Positions 1 through 9,498 of a stretch of 32,659 nucleotides of DNA are shown one piece after another. The stretch is from the UHGV virus genome UHGV-0188647. One strand, written 5' to 3'. This DNA comes from a virus. The position numbers and the translations under genes are program-made. The notes under the pieces were generated by a model. The model did no database searches, had not been told where the DNA came from, and worked only from the letters and a program-made list of their open reading frames with translations. Positions within the stretch are counted from its first letter, which is position 1. The number at the start of each line of letters is the position of its first letter.

Positions 1-2107
1 CGCCGTTTCCCCCCCCCCCCGCCCCGGCGCCAGCCAGTCCACCGCGTAGTGCTGCCAGTGGATTCATAAACATCACAGCAACAGCACGTAAACCGGATAA
101 TCCAGACCGCAACAGTGCAACCGGCACACCTACTACAGTTTTCAGGACATTCCCCGTCAGTGATGCCGTGCGGCGCAAAGACGACAACGGCGCAGTAAGT
201 AAACCCGCTGCGTTGCCCGATGAAGCAAGCCCGCGTCGCAGCAGTGCCAGTGGAGCGCCAGCTAACCAGGACAACGCGCTGCTGGTTCGTGTTACTGCTG
301 CCGTAACGGAAGGTAACGTTTTGATACCCAGCACAGAGAATCCCAGACGGATGACTGCCAGCGGCCCCAGCACTGCAGCCAGCGCCACCACTAAGGTGCC
401 GAGGCCTACGGTAACCGCAGCCACAACAGCCGCTACTTTCATCAGTGTGCCTGTCAGTTCCGGGTTAGCTTCCACCCAGCGGCGCAACGCCCCCGTGATG
501 CTTTTCACCGTGTACAGAATATCCATCAGCGGCTGGCGCAGCGTTTCGCCCAGGCTGCTGAAGGTGTTCTGCGCTCCGGTTTTGACCAGTAACCACTGAG
601 CAGAAAGTGAGTCCTTATTGATGTCGGATTCTTTCTGCATGGAGCCGAGCGCATCATTGCCCGCTGTCAGTTTTAACTGACGCTGCAGTTCCGGCAGGTT
701 GTTTGCCAGTTTCGCCGCGTCATCGCCAAACTCTTTACCAAACAACATGGTCATGGCAGACAGACGCTTGTCCTGCGGCAGTGCGTTCACCTTCTCCAGC
801 ACACGCTGGATAGTTCCCATCGCATCCTTCGTCATCTGCTTTTCAATCACTTCAGGATTGAGTTTCAGCAGATTCATCCCTTCAAAGAAACTCTTGCTCT
901 GCATGGTGGCAATGGACAATTCACGCACCATCGCGTTTGCTGCACTGGCTGCAACCTCCGGCGCAGCGCCCAGTGTCAGGAAGGTGGAACCCAGCGCCGC
1001 CGCTTTACGATAATCCAGACGGTCAGCCACACCGCCCAGACGTTGCATCACATCAATGATGTCCGCCCCTTTCGACATGGCGTTATCATCCAGATAGTTC
1101 AGCGCATCGCCGAGCTGTTCAATATTGCGGGTTGGTATTTTGTAGAGCTGGGCGATTTTCCCCAGACTTTCTGACAGTTCATCCGCTGGCAGCTCAAAGG
1201 CTGTTGCCGCCTTTGCTGCCGTACTGGCGAAGGCCAGCAGGTCACGTTTCTGGTCTTCCCAGCTGTCGTCAGGGTTTGCGACGTTCATGCGCGCACCACC
1301 TTCAACCAGTGCAGCGAAGTCCACCGCACCGTTTTCCATCGGCAACTGTTCGCTGGCAGCCTTGATGGCATCCTGCATTTCATAAAAACGTGCAGTGCGG
1401 TTGCCATTATCGTCACGCAGACCATTGACCTGCTTTGCCACACCTTTCATGGCATCTTCCATGCTGGTATAGCTTTTTACTGCCGCCATCACTGGCGCAC
1501 CCATTGCCAGCCCTGCAGCCGTGGTAGTGGCTCCGGCTCCTGCGATGCGATCGCGCACTTCAAGCCGTCTTGAGTATTGTTCTCTGGCAGCGTTCATCCG
1601 TGCCTGTTGTTCACCCAGACGTTTAAGTGCTTTTTGCTGGCCCTCCAGTGCCTGCCTTGTTTCTTCAGCATTTTTCTTAAGTTCTCGCTGGGCACTACTG
1701 AGTTGTCTGGTATCAATCCCTGATTCTTTAAGTGCCTGACGTTGTCTCTGGACCGCCCCCAACAAGCCGTTATAGGTCTGCTGAAGTTCCTGTACTCGTG
1801 TTTTGGCCTGACTGAATAACTTTGCCTGCGCGGCGGTTGGCCTGTTAGTGGCAGCAAATTGTGTGGCGAGTTTTGCCGCCTCTTCGCGGGCTGCGTTCAG
1901 GTTGTTGGCTGTTATGGCTAGTTGCGAGCGCGTCTTGCGAAATTCATCAATTCTGCCAGCCTGCTTATTCAGTTCTTTGAGGCTGTTTCGGGTATTCTGA
2001 ATTGCGCCAGCCAGCTCTTTCGAACTGGCCTGTGCAGCACGGAATGGGCGGGTGAGTTTGTCAACCGCATTAAGAATGACCTGCAGGCGCAGGTTATTAT
2101 CACTCAT
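1..2107 (-). CDS. T: tail tape-measure protein (P2 gpT-like), partial; 3' end lies beyond the window start
   Basis: Hand translation from ATG at 2107-2105 gives MSDNNLRLQVILNAVDKLTRPFRAAQASSKELAG..., a Q/A/R/L-rich coiled-coil-like N-terminus; no in-frame stop appears in the ORF track; follows E/E' as in P2. Confidence 0.8.
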   Translation of the reverse strand, partial: MSDNNLRLQVILNAVDKLTRPFRAAQASSKELAGAIQNTRNSLKELNKQAGRIDEFRKTRSQLAITANNLNAAREEAAKLATQFAATNRPTAAQAKLFSQAKTRVQELQQTYNGLLGAVQRQRQALKESGIDTRQLSSAQRELKKNAEETRQALEGQQKALKRLGEQQARMNAAREQYSRRLEVRDRIAGAGATTTAAGLAMGAPVMAAVKSYTSMEDAMKGVAKQVNGLRDDNGNRTARFYEMQDAIKAASEQLPMENGAVDFAALVEGGARMNVANPDDSWEDQKRDLLAFASTAAKAATAFELPADELSESLGKIAQLYKIPTRNIEQLGDALNYLDDNAMSKGADIIDVMQRLGGVADRLDYRKAAALGSTFLTLGAAPEVAASAANAMVRELSIATMQSKSFFEGMNLLKLNPEVIEKQMTKDAMGTIQRVLEKVNALPQDKRLSAMTMLFGKEFGDDAAKLANNLPELQRQLKLTAGNDALGSMQKESDINKDSLSAQWLLVKTGAQNTFSSLGETLRQPLMDILYTVKSITGALRRWVEANPELTGTLMKVAAVVAAVTVGLGTLVVALAAVLGPLAVIRLGFSVLGIKTLPSVTAAVTRTSSALSWLAGAPLALLRRGLASSGNAAGLLTAPLSSLRRTASLTGNVLKTVVGVPVALLRSGLSGLRAVAVMFMNPLAALRGGLAGAGAGGGGNG

Positions 2108-2536
2108 CGTTGGCCCCGCTTCTCTGAATCGCTTTATACCGCCATTCCAGCACTTCGGTCAGCGGCATAACGTCAGTAACGGATGGCGGCCAGTGAAAGA
2201 TGGTGGCGATATCAGCCACCAGATCGTCAACCGTCAGGCTGTCGGTAAACCGGCAAGTACCGACTTCTTCAACAAAAAAGTGACAACCTCAACCGACATA
2301 GCGGTGAGATCTGCCGGGTCCATCTCTGCAATTTCCTGTGCAGTCAGTGCCGGGCTGGAGATGCGGGGGATCACGGTCATCATCGCGTTCACATCCATAT
2401 CCATAATAGCCTGCAGGCGTGTACCGCGCAGTGCACCGGACTGCGGTTTACGCAGCACAATTTCGGTGATTTCCGTTTTACCGCGCTTGATAGGGGTATC
2501 CAGTTGAATGGTCTTTTCAGTCTGCTTATCGCTCAT
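2100..2536 (-). CDS. E+E' extended chaperone made by -1 programmed frameshift
   Basis: Slippery TTTTTTG on the minus strand at 2273-2279; by hand translation the -1 frame stays open for 57 codons (VEEVGTCRFTDSLTVDDLVADIATIFHWPPS...) to TGA at 2100-2102, overlapping the T start codon. Confidence 0.6.
2234..2536 (-). CDS. E: tail assembly chaperone (P2 gpE-like)
   Basis: 100-aa ORF ending ...VVTFLLKKSVLAGLPTA; contains a TTTTTTG slippery heptamer; sits between the tail tube and tape-measure genes. Confidence 0.85.
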   Translation of the reverse strand: MSDKQTEKTIQLDTPIKRGKTEITEIVLRKPQSGALRGTRLQAIMDMDVNAMMTVIPRISSPALTAQEIAEMDPADLTAMSVEVVTFLLKKSVLAGLPTA

Positions 2537-2590
2537 TTTTCTGTCCTGTAAATTGGGTTCTGGCGCGGAATCCCGCGCCGTTCAGATACA

Positions 2591-3106
2591 TCAGAGGCCG
2601 AGGGCGTTGCGGTGCGCTTCCATCAGGTCCACGCCGTCCACAATTTCCACCATGTTGATAAGGTCCACTTCATAGAGCACCTCACCATTGATAGTCAGCT
2701 TCGCGTAGCTGTTGGTACTGGTCACTTTGGTGGTGTTGCTTTCGCCCGTCTTCCACTCGCCGGAATCCACTTCTTTGTGACGTCCACGCACCACAAGCTC
2801 CACGGCCTGCACTTCCCCGGTATCGTCACGCTGAATAGAGCCGGTAAAGCGCAACTGGATACCATCCACCGTGGCTTTGCCCATCTGCTTAAACAGCAGC
2901 AGTTCAGTACCACCAATGGAAAATTCTGTGTCCAGCGCACTATCATCCAGCCCCAGATCCACATCCACTGCACCCGGCATTCCGCCACCGCGATACTTCT
3001 CATATTTGCGGGTGAATTTCGGCAGCGTCAGCGACTCAACGATCCCCTGCCAGTTGTTCCCGTCGTTAAACAGGTTCAGGTGTTTTAATTTGCGTGGTAA
3101 AGCCAT
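2591..3106 (-). CDS. FII: tail tube protein (P2 gpFII-like)
   Basis: 171-aa ORF directly downstream of the sheath gene; size and position match P2 FII. Confidence 0.85.
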   Translation of the reverse strand: MALPRKLKHLNLFNDGNNWQGIVESLTLPKFTRKYEKYRGGGMPGAVDVDLGLDDSALDTEFSIGGTELLLFKQMGKATVDGIQLRFTGSIQRDDTGEVQAVELVVRGRHKEVDSGEWKTGESNTTKVTSTNSYAKLTINGEVLYEVDLINMVEIVDGVDLMEAHRNALGL

Positions 3107-3115
3107 GTTGTCCCC

Positions 3116-4288
3116 TTACGCGCTGACCTGGCTGGAGAAATTCACCAGGTACTGATCGGTGATGCGCTGACGCAGCATCAGGTTTTCAAGTGGCGGCACT
3201 GGTGTGTAGTCGTAGTCGATGGTGAGTTTTCCAGCTTTCAGAGTGTCTTTGTCGTTCACCGACTCATCCAGCCAGCAATCGCCACCAATGAGATAGCCCT
3301 GACTGATCAGGCTGCGCATTTTGGCGCGGATACCTTCGATAATGTCGCGGGCCAGCGACGGATTCAGCGGTTTGTCGACCGCCCACATTGGCGCTTCTGC
3401 CATCGTGTCCATCAGCACCTGCGCCGTGCGGGTGTAGTTTTCGAAGGCAAAGAGTGGGTCATCACTCAGGCAGCGGGAACCCCAGAAGCGAAAGCCGTCT
3501 TTGCGGATAAGTGTGGTAACATCGTTCTGGTTAAGCAGTCCCGCATCAGTTGCCGGGTCCTGCAGATCCCAGAACACATCAGCAGAAATTCCGGTGACAC
3601 CGTTCACGCCCACGTTGGACAGGCTTTTGTGCCACCCTGTCTGCTCATCAATTTTGGCACGCAGACCAAGCGCACGGGCGGTGGCATATGCCGTTGCGTC
3701 GGCATTCAGCACCGTGTCCCAGCCAGTAAAGTCAGGCCAGATCAGCATCCCTTCACGCTGACTGAAGTTTTCACGGTAAGTGATCGCCTCCTGCACCGTC
3801 TTGCAGCCATACGCTGACAGGTAAGCAAACCCACGCAGGCTTTGCGCCACGCCCAGCAACTCAGTAGCAACGGCTTTATTATCGTGCCCCGGCACGCCGA
3901 GAATGCGCGGTTTAACACCGAGCTGTGACTGGGCAGATAACAGGGCTTTCATACCAGTTTTTTTACCTTCAGCAGTCACTGCGCCGATGATATTGGTCGT
4001 GGTTTCTTCTTCCGTTTCACCCTGCGGCACACGCACAACAACGGTCACGGGTTTTGCCTGGTCAGCGATGGCATCCAGCGAACGGGCCAGCGTACCGGAT
4101 TCACCCGCCTTACCGCTGGCAGTAAGCACATCAGTGATCAGCACGGGTTTATTAAGAGGGAACATTTTTGCATCGGCATCATCGCCCGTGCAGACCATGC
4201 CCACGATGGCGGTGCTCACCGTGGTAATGGATCGAGTGCCTTCGTTGACTTCAACAACGCGCACTCCGTGGTGGTAATCCTGAGCCAT
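3116..4288 (-). CDS. FI: contractile tail sheath protein (P2 gpFI-like)
   Basis: 390-aa ORF, first gene after a TGT-N12-ACA late-promoter dyad; size and order FI-FII-E-T match the P2 tail operon. Confidence 0.9.
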   Translation of the reverse strand: MAQDYHHGVRVVEVNEGTRSITTVSTAIVGMVCTGDDADAKMFPLNKPVLITDVLTASGKAGESGTLARSLDAIADQAKPVTVVVRVPQGETEEETTTNIIGAVTAEGKKTGMKALLSAQSQLGVKPRILGVPGHDNKAVATELLGVAQSLRGFAYLSAYGCKTVQEAITYRENFSQREGMLIWPDFTGWDTVLNADATAYATARALGLRAKIDEQTGWHKSLSNVGVNGVTGISADVFWDLQDPATDAGLLNQNDVTTLIRKDGFRFWGSRCLSDDPLFAFENYTRTAQVLMDTMAEAPMWAVDKPLNPSLARDIIEGIRAKMRSLISQGYLIGGDCWLDESVNDKDTLKAGKLTIDYDYTPVPPLENLMLRQRITDQYLVNFSSQVSA

Positions 4289-4364
4289 AGTGGCGAACCT
4301 CCTGATTGGATTAGGCTTCGCCCTATGTTGAAGTGATTGTGTCTGACAAGCAGCTAAGCGCAGT

Positions 4365-4382
4365 TGTACCGTTATTCACACA
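4365..4382. promoter_or_regulatory. late-promoter activator site (Ogr/B-type TGT-N12-ACA dyad) upstream of FI
   Basis: tgtaccgttattcacaca is a perfect TGT-N12-ACA about 85 bp upstream of the FI start, in the 106-bp G-FI gap. Confidence 0.45.
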
Positions 4383-4394
4383 AAATGACGGTAT

Positions 4395-4808
4395 TTATCT
4401 GCTTGCAGGGAAAACAGGCCAAATAATATCAGGTGCGGTGCTGGTATTTGTTGCCGTCACAGCCTCGATATAATCCAGCACAACGTTAAGTCGGGTAGTT
4501 TCCTCTTGCGTCAGTTTGCGCCCGGCCTGCAGCTTTAACTGAATCACGCTGATATTGGCCATTGCTGCGTCTAACAGCGACTGTTTTTTCTGTTCAGCGT
4601 CAGCTACCAGTTCATCATGAGAACGTTCCTGAGTGGGTGGTGCAGTAAATCCCCCGTCTGAATAAACCCAGCCGATTCCGGGCTGCTCACTGATATCAGA
4701 AATATTAATGAGCTGCTGATTATCCGGCACTGTGAATTCAGCCTCGCCATCCCAGACAATGACATTCACAACCATCCCATTTTCAATAACTGCATATGAC
4801 GTATTCAT
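4395..4808 (-). CDS. G: tail fiber assembly protein (P2 gpG-like)
   Basis: Immediately downstream of H; start chosen at the internal ATG 4808-4806, which overlaps the H stop as TAATG and has a GAGGAG RBS. The ORF track starts it at 4832. Confidence 0.7.
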   Translation of the reverse strand: MNTSYAVIENGMVVNVIVWDGEAEFTVPDNQQLINISDISEQPGIGWVYSDGGFTAPPTQERSHDELVADAEQKKQSLLDAAMANISVIQLKLQAGRKLTQEETTRLNVVLDYIEAVTATNTSTAPDIIWPVFPASR

Positions 4809-6559
4809 TATGCAAACTCCTCGATAATACAAATCCCTGAAGCGCCTTTCCCGCCCGTCATACTGGTTCCGCTATAACCGGCATCGTATGCGCCACCTCC
4901 GCCTGAACCATATGCTTTACCGATAACACCACCGCCAGCGCCTGCACGTCCACCGCCGCCCCAGTGCGATGTTCCGCCTTCACCGCTGACGCTGATATTT
5001 CCGGACTGACCGTCGCCTCCATCTCCACCAGTGATGCGGATATCGCCAGTACTCGGCACACCTCCGTTACCGCCGTTTGTGTTTGTAACACCCGCTTTCC
5101 CGCCACCTTCGCCACCAGGAGCAATTAACGATGCGAATACGCTATTCCCGCCCCTGGTGCCGTTCGTCGCACTAACACCACCGGCCCCACCTGCGCCGAT
5201 AGTGACTGGATAACTATTCTGTGTCGGGGTCATTATTGAAATTATTGTTCCACCGGCCCCACCGCCAGCACCGAAAAACGTTTCATTATTGGATGCAGCC
5301 TTGCAGCCGCCCCCTCCGCCACCGCCGCCCGTTATTGTGACCCTGATCCGTTTTGTTCCTGGCGTCGGGGTGTATGTACCTGATGAGGTGAAAACCCGGG
5401 TATTCAGCCAGCGTCCAACGTATCCACTTGCATCGCTCAGACCAAGATATTGAATAACCGCCTGTGTGCTTGCTTTAGCCAGAATATTCCGTCCAACGTT
5501 AGTCAGGGTTGTCAGGCTGGCTGTATCATTCCCCGTAAAATACGGAAGTTTGTCTGCCGCAGTGGCAAGGCCTGCCAGTGCGGTCAGTGTGGCGTCGGCA
5601 GGTTGTTTTCCATTGGCAAGGTCATATACAGCCTTCACGGCTTTTGGTGTGGCAGCCTGCGTTTCTGACGTGCTGTTAGTGGCGCTGCTGAGTTGCACGG
5701 TGCCTTTTACCGTCAGTGAAGCTGCAGGCACATCCGATATCTGGCTCCACGGGTGCGTGTGACTGACAGGTGCCTTACCTGCTGCAAGGTCATATACAGC
5801 CTTCACTGCCTTTGGAGTGGCAGCCTGCGTTTCTGATGTGCTGTTAGTGGCGCTGCTGAGTTGCACAGTGCCTTTTACCGTCAGCGAGGCTGCAGGTACA
5901 CCTGTTATCTGATTCCACGGGTGTGTGTGACTGGCGGATGCTTTACCTGCTGCAAGATCATATGCAGCCTTCACAGCCTTCGGTGTTGCGGCCAGTATTT
6001 CGGATTCACTGTTGGTCGCACTGCTTAACTGAGTAAAACCTTTTGCAGTCAGCGAGGCGTCCGGGTGACGTCGTGACTGTTCGTGCTCTGATATTTTGTC
6101 ATCCACATACTTGCGGGTTGCCAGCACTACAGCAGGGTCGATTTTCAGGATGATATTGTCCGTACTACTGGTAATCAGCACCATGCGCACGGTCTGGGTA
6201 CGCCCACTGCCTTCAGCCAGTTGCGGCTTATAGCTTTCCGGGCAGTTACCCACGGCAATCAATGCCCCGGACTCATCAAACAAGCCCACTTCACGTATCC
6301 ACCAACCGCCCTCGTTTTCAGGGATCACCTGTTCAGCAATAATCTGGCTGCTGTTCTGCGGGTCGATATAGAGCATATTCAGCGCAGCCCGGCGTTTCTC
6401 ATTTACCAGTGCTGTCTGCTTTGCGCCCGGCGTTGGTAATGTTCCGCCGCCATCGCCGACCGCCATATGGGTAATTTTTAAAGGCACACCGAGCGCGGCG
6501 GCGCTGGCAAGTTTCGCCGCGCCAATATCCGTCAGCAGGGTATAAAATTTTGTGCTCAT
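4808..6559 (-). CDS. H: tail fiber protein (P2 gpH-like) with internal 56-aa tandem repeats and a glycine-rich C-terminal domain
   Basis: 583-aa ORF starting MSTKFYTLLTDIGAAKLA..., a conserved tail-fiber N-terminus; variable C-terminus. Confidence 0.85.
   Translation of the reverse strand: MSTKFYTLLTDIGAAKLASAAALGVPLKITHMAVGDGGGTLPTPGAKQTALVNEKRRAALNMLYIDPQNSSQIIAEQVIPENEGGWWIREVGLFDESGALIAVGNCPESYKPQLAEGSGRTQTVRMVLITSSTDNIILKIDPAVVLATRKYVDDKISEHEQSRRHPDASLTAKGFTQLSSATNSESEILAATPKAVKAAYDLAAGKASASHTHPWNQITGVPAASLTVKGTVQLSSATNSTSETQAATPKAVKAVYDLAAGKAPVSHTHPWSQISDVPAASLTVKGTVQLSSATNSTSETQAATPKAVKAVYDLANGKQPADATLTALAGLATAADKLPYFTGNDTASLTTLTNVGRNILAKASTQAVIQYLGLSDASGYVGRWLNTRVFTSSGTYTPTPGTKRIRVTITGGGGGGGGCKAASNNETFFGAGGGAGGTIISIMTPTQNSYPVTIGAGGAGGVSATNGTRGGNSVFASLIAPGGEGGGKAGVTNTNGGNGGVPSTGDIRITGGDGGDGQSGNISVSGEGGTSHWGGGGRAGAGGGVIGKAYGSGGGGAYDAGYSGTSMTGGKGASGICIIEEFA
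5560..6070. repeat. about three tandem copies of a 168-bp coding repeat inside the tail fiber gene
   Basis: The DNA motif gcaaggtcatatacagccttcac recurs at about 5616, 5784 and 5952; the protein shows repeated SHTHPW..VPAASLTVKGTVQLSSATNSTSETQAATPKAVKAVYDLAAGKA units. Confidence 0.8.
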
Positions 6560-7161
6560 GGATTCACTCTCATTGTGTCAATAACATGGACCGCCCCGCC
6601 TTCATGCGCGGTGCCGCCGGAAATAATTGTTTCGTTGATATACGGATAGATCGTGATTTCTTCGCCAAGATAACTGGCGGCTCCCACCCAATGCGGGCCG
6701 CTGGTCTGCAGATTGATGGACATGCCGATCATGTGACGGCTGCAGGGTTTGGCATCGCTTATCAGTCGCTCAAGTTCCAGATAGGTATCTTCAGTGATGC
6801 CCTGATCCTGCACGCCGATATCCAGGCGAAACGTGCCTGGTGTTTCTCCGGTCTGCCACCACTCAATAATGCGGATCAGGAAGCCGAACGGTTCCACTAC
6901 CCGCCGCACGGCACTGGTGGTTCCTTTATGCTGATGAATATAAAAAGCATCCTTCACCACCTGGCGTTTGACACTTTCCGTCCAGTCCTCGTCCCAGCGA
7001 TCCACAGAGAACGCCCAGGCGAGATAAGGCAGGAAACTGACCGGACAGGTCGTTGGATTCCACAAGTCACGCAGCGGCACCTGCAAATCAGAAATCCCGC
7101 TGCAGGTTTGCGCCAGTCGGCGCTCCAGTGAAGTTGAACCCGGTGGCAGCAGACTATTCAT
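6556..7161 (-). CDS. I: baseplate protein (P2 gpI-like)
   Basis: 201-aa ORF between J and H; start/stop overlaps with neighbours; synteny V-W-J-I-H-G. Confidence 0.8.
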   Translation of the reverse strand: MNSLLPPGSTSLERRLAQTCSGISDLQVPLRDLWNPTTCPVSFLPYLAWAFSVDRWDEDWTESVKRQVVKDAFYIHQHKGTTSAVRRVVEPFGFLIRIIEWWQTGETPGTFRLDIGVQDQGITEDTYLELERLISDAKPCSRHMIGMSINLQTSGPHWVGAASYLGEEITIYPYINETIISGGTAHEGGAVHVIDTMRVNP

Positions 7162-8062
7162 CCGTTCCTCCGTTGGTTACGCTCCACTGCGTACATGATG
7201 CCGCCTGTGTTTTGTTCAGGACCACATCCGCCAGCGGCGAAGCCAGCTCCACACGCTGCACACCCTCAACATGCAGGGCGGCAAAGATGGCGCTACGGCG
7301 AATATCCCGGCCAAGACGCGTCTGACTGGCGATGTACTTCTGCAGACTGGCTTTTGCCGCTGCCATTACCGGCTCTGCTTCCGGTCCCGGATAGAGAAAA
7401 ATGGTGGCTTCCACGCGGTACGGGATGATTTCTGCGCTGCGAACCGTCAGACGGTCAGCCACCGGGCGGACGTTCTCACTGTTCAGGGCGTTCTCCACCA
7501 CATCCAGCAGGTCTTTTTCTGCTGTTCCGTCGCCTTCGCGACTCAGGACAGTCAGCACCACCTCTGCAGGGGCCGGACTGGTTGCACTGGCATCCGCCAC
7601 CCGACCGTCGGCGCTTCGGGCATGAAATTCATAAGCTGCAGTTGGCCCCGCAACTGAAAGCCCCTCAAAGGCTGCAGGCACACGCAGGCGTAACGCTTCA
7701 TCGCTTTCCATCACAGCCGCAACGGGCGGCACAGCGTCATCATCAGCAGGTATCACCGTCAGGCGTTTCACGTTGTAATTGGCGGCGAGCTGGTCCAGAT
7801 CGCCGCCCATCGCATAAGCCACCATCACCGCCTGCGCGGCTTCGTTAATGCGCTGGCGCAGAAGCAGCTCACGATAAGCGTTCTCTTGCAGCAATTTGGT
7901 GACGGGTTCAGATTCCAGTTCCAGCGTGCGGATCACTGCTTCCTGCTCATCTTTCGGATGAAGCGCAACAAATTCGGCCTTGCGTTCGGCAAGCAGCGTC
8001 TCAAAGTCCGGCACATCGACAATCTGCGGCGCAGGCAACTGCGAAAGGTCAATCACTGCCAT
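7154..8062 (-). CDS. J: baseplate assembly protein (P2 gpJ-like)
   Basis: Start placed at the internal Met (MAVIDLSQLPAPQIVDV...); the ORF track extends it to 8101, which overlaps W by 53 nt. Confidence 0.8.
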   Translation of the reverse strand: MAVIDLSQLPAPQIVDVPDFETLLAERKAEFVALHPKDEQEAVIRTLELESEPVTKLLQENAYRELLLRQRINEAAQAVMVAYAMGGDLDQLAANYNVKRLTVIPADDDAVPPVAAVMESDEALRLRVPAAFEGLSVAGPTAAYEFHARSADGRVADASATSPAPAEVVLTVLSREGDGTAEKDLLDVVENALNSENVRPVADRLTVRSAEIIPYRVEATIFLYPGPEAEPVMAAAKASLQKYIASQTRLGRDIRRSAIFAALHVEGVQRVELASPLADVVLNKTQAASCTQWSVTNGGTDE

Positions 8063-8408
8063 TCTCTGCTCCTGTTGATACGGAAAGGGAAACAGGCACA
8101 CCGTTATTACGCCGCCCGGTCAGCTCCACCACCATTGAACCGTCAAAATTGCTGTTAATGGTGATGGAATCCAGCGTCAGCCGTGGCTCCCAGCGACTCA
8201 GCGCCACATACACTGCCGACATGACCTGCAGGCGTAATGCCGGATTTTGTGGCTGGTCTATCAGTGCCGACAGCAGGGAACCATATTCCCGACGGGCAAT
8301 GCGGCTACCCTGCGGCGTCAGCAAAATGTCCCGCACCGACTGGCGCAGATGGTCAATATCAGTAATGGCTTTACCGCTGGTATTGTTCATCCCGCTATAA
8401 AGCGTCAT
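8049..8408 (-). CDS. W: baseplate protein (P2 gpW-like)
   Basis: 119-aa ORF between V and J; size and position match P2 W. Confidence 0.75.
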   Translation of the reverse strand: MTLYSGMNNTSGKAITDIDHLRQSVRDILLTPQGSRIARREYGSLLSALIDQPQNPALRLQVMSAVYVALSRWEPRLTLDSITINSNFDGSMVVELTGRRNNGVPVSLSVSTGAENGSD

Positions 8409-8983
8409 ACCGGGCCTCCGGTTGTGTCGCCGCCTTTCAGGACGCCAGTATGCTGATGTGCATCAACCACAATCCCGTTAGAACTCATCGCTCCGCCGCC
8501 CTGGGTAACGCCACCATTGATCACCACTTCGCTGTTAATGCGCGTGCGGTCAGCCTCCAGTACAAACTCACTGGTTTTCATGGTGATGTTATCAGCGGCC
8601 TCAATGACCATTGATTTGATGCCCCTGACATACCAGCGCCCGGTGGCGGGTTCATATTCAAACCAGCCACCGTCAGGATGTTCTGTCACGCAGGCGTCCG
8701 CCGACGTCGACGGCGGTGCAAACTGATTCGAATAGACAGCGGGCAGCGCAAAGGCTGTTTCCAGATTTCCGCCCAGACTCAGCAGCACCACCTGCTCACC
8801 TTCCGATGGTCGCCACCATGTCCGGGCATTCCCGGCACGCAGTGTCAGCCAGCTGATCCAGTTGGTTTCGAGGTCGCCCGTTTTCACCCGGCAAAGCCAG
8901 TTCTCCCGATCCACTTCGGTGACTATACCTGTGCGGATCAGGTTGGTGATAAGGCGCATGATTTCGGTTAATTGTGCGTTCAT
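8405..8983 (-). CDS. V: baseplate spike/assembly protein (P2 gpV-like)
   Basis: 192-aa ORF, first gene after a TGT-N12-ACA dyad; starts the V-W-J-I-H-G operon. Confidence 0.8.
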   Translation of the reverse strand: MNAQLTEIMRLITNLIRTGIVTEVDRENWLCRVKTGDLETNWISWLTLRAGNARTWWRPSEGEQVVLLSLGGNLETAFALPAVYSNQFAPPSTSADACVTEHPDGGWFEYEPATGRWYVRGIKSMVIEAADNITMKTSEFVLEADRTRINSEVVINGGVTQGGGAMSSNGIVVDAHQHTGVLKGGDTTGGPV

Positions 8984-9029
8984 AGGGAAAGGTTGCCATC
9001 AGGGGAAGAAAGGCGGCAGTGCTGCAACT

Positions 9030-9047
9030 TGTATCAGTGCTGATACA
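9030..9047. promoter_or_regulatory. late-promoter activator site (TGT-N12-ACA dyad) upstream of V
   Basis: tgtatcagtgctgataca is a perfect palindromic TGT-N12-ACA in the gap between the S stop (9052) and the V start (8983). Confidence 0.45.
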
Positions 9048-9051
9048 AAGA

Positions 9052-9498
9052 TCACCCCGCCAGCCATTGCAGAATCATGTCGCGGGTCATTGCCTCAACA
9101 TCATCATTTACACCCAGCAGGCGGCGCTCTGCGTAACGGACTTCCGGTCCTTTGCGACTGACGCGATCACGCAGGCCGTAATGGTGAACACGGGCAATAC
9201 GCTGCACCTTGCCTTCAAACTGTACGCTGGCAGAGTCGGCGCTGGCGGCAGTTTTCAGGTATTTTGTGGTGCGCAGCTTTGCAAACATCTGACGTTTGAT
9301 GCGCCCCTTCTTGCTACGTGCTGTTACCCTGCGCGGTTCATAACTGCTGCCATCTGGATTGCGCTGCATCCTGATATTCTGCTGCTGTGTCCGGCGCAGT
9401 TCCTGCGCCAGCTGGCGCATCATGCGGCTTCTTGCGGCTGGCTCCAGATTCGCCAGCAAGGCACTCAGCCAGTCGTCCACCTTCTGCAGTTCAGCCAC
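9052..9498 (-). CDS. S: tail completion protein (P2 gpS-like)
   Basis: 148-aa basic protein after R; order R-S-V as in P2. Confidence 0.75.
   Translation of the reverse strand: MAELQKVDDWLSALLANLEPAARSRMMRQLAQELRRTQQQNIRMQRNPDGSSYEPRRVTARSKKGRIKRQMFAKLRTTKYLKTAASADSASVQFEGKVQRIARVHHYGLRDRVSRKGPEVRYAERRLLGVNDDVEAMTRDMILQWLAG

Noticed and set aside
168-1857. Several plus-strand ORFs of 72-143 aa, and a minus-strand 87-aa ORF (1594-1857), inside the tape-measure region
   Set aside because: They are in frames other than the tape-measure frame I translated from 2107, with Pro/Arg/Ser/Ala-rich low-complexity products typical of off-frame reads through GC-rich coding DNA; spurious.
2562-2580. GC hairpin (ggcgcggaatcccgcgcc) between FII and E, considered as a terminator
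   Set aside because: No U-tract follows on the minus strand and it lies inside the FI-FII-E-T operon; more likely an intra-operon stem-loop than a terminator.
4289-4394. Possible Z/fun-type cargo slot between G and FI
   Set aside because: The gap is only 106 bp and holds the FI late-promoter dyad; no ORF is inserted here, so this hotspot is empty in this prophage.
5560-6070. Tandem 168-bp repeats considered as a possible CRISPR or minisatellite array
   Set aside because: The repeats are in frame within the tail fiber ORF and encode a repeated protein unit, with no short repeat-spacer architecture; they are coding repeats.
6550-7131. 193-aa plus-strand ORF
   Set aside because: Fully antisense to the baseplate gene I; no RBS context; GC-rich frame artefact.
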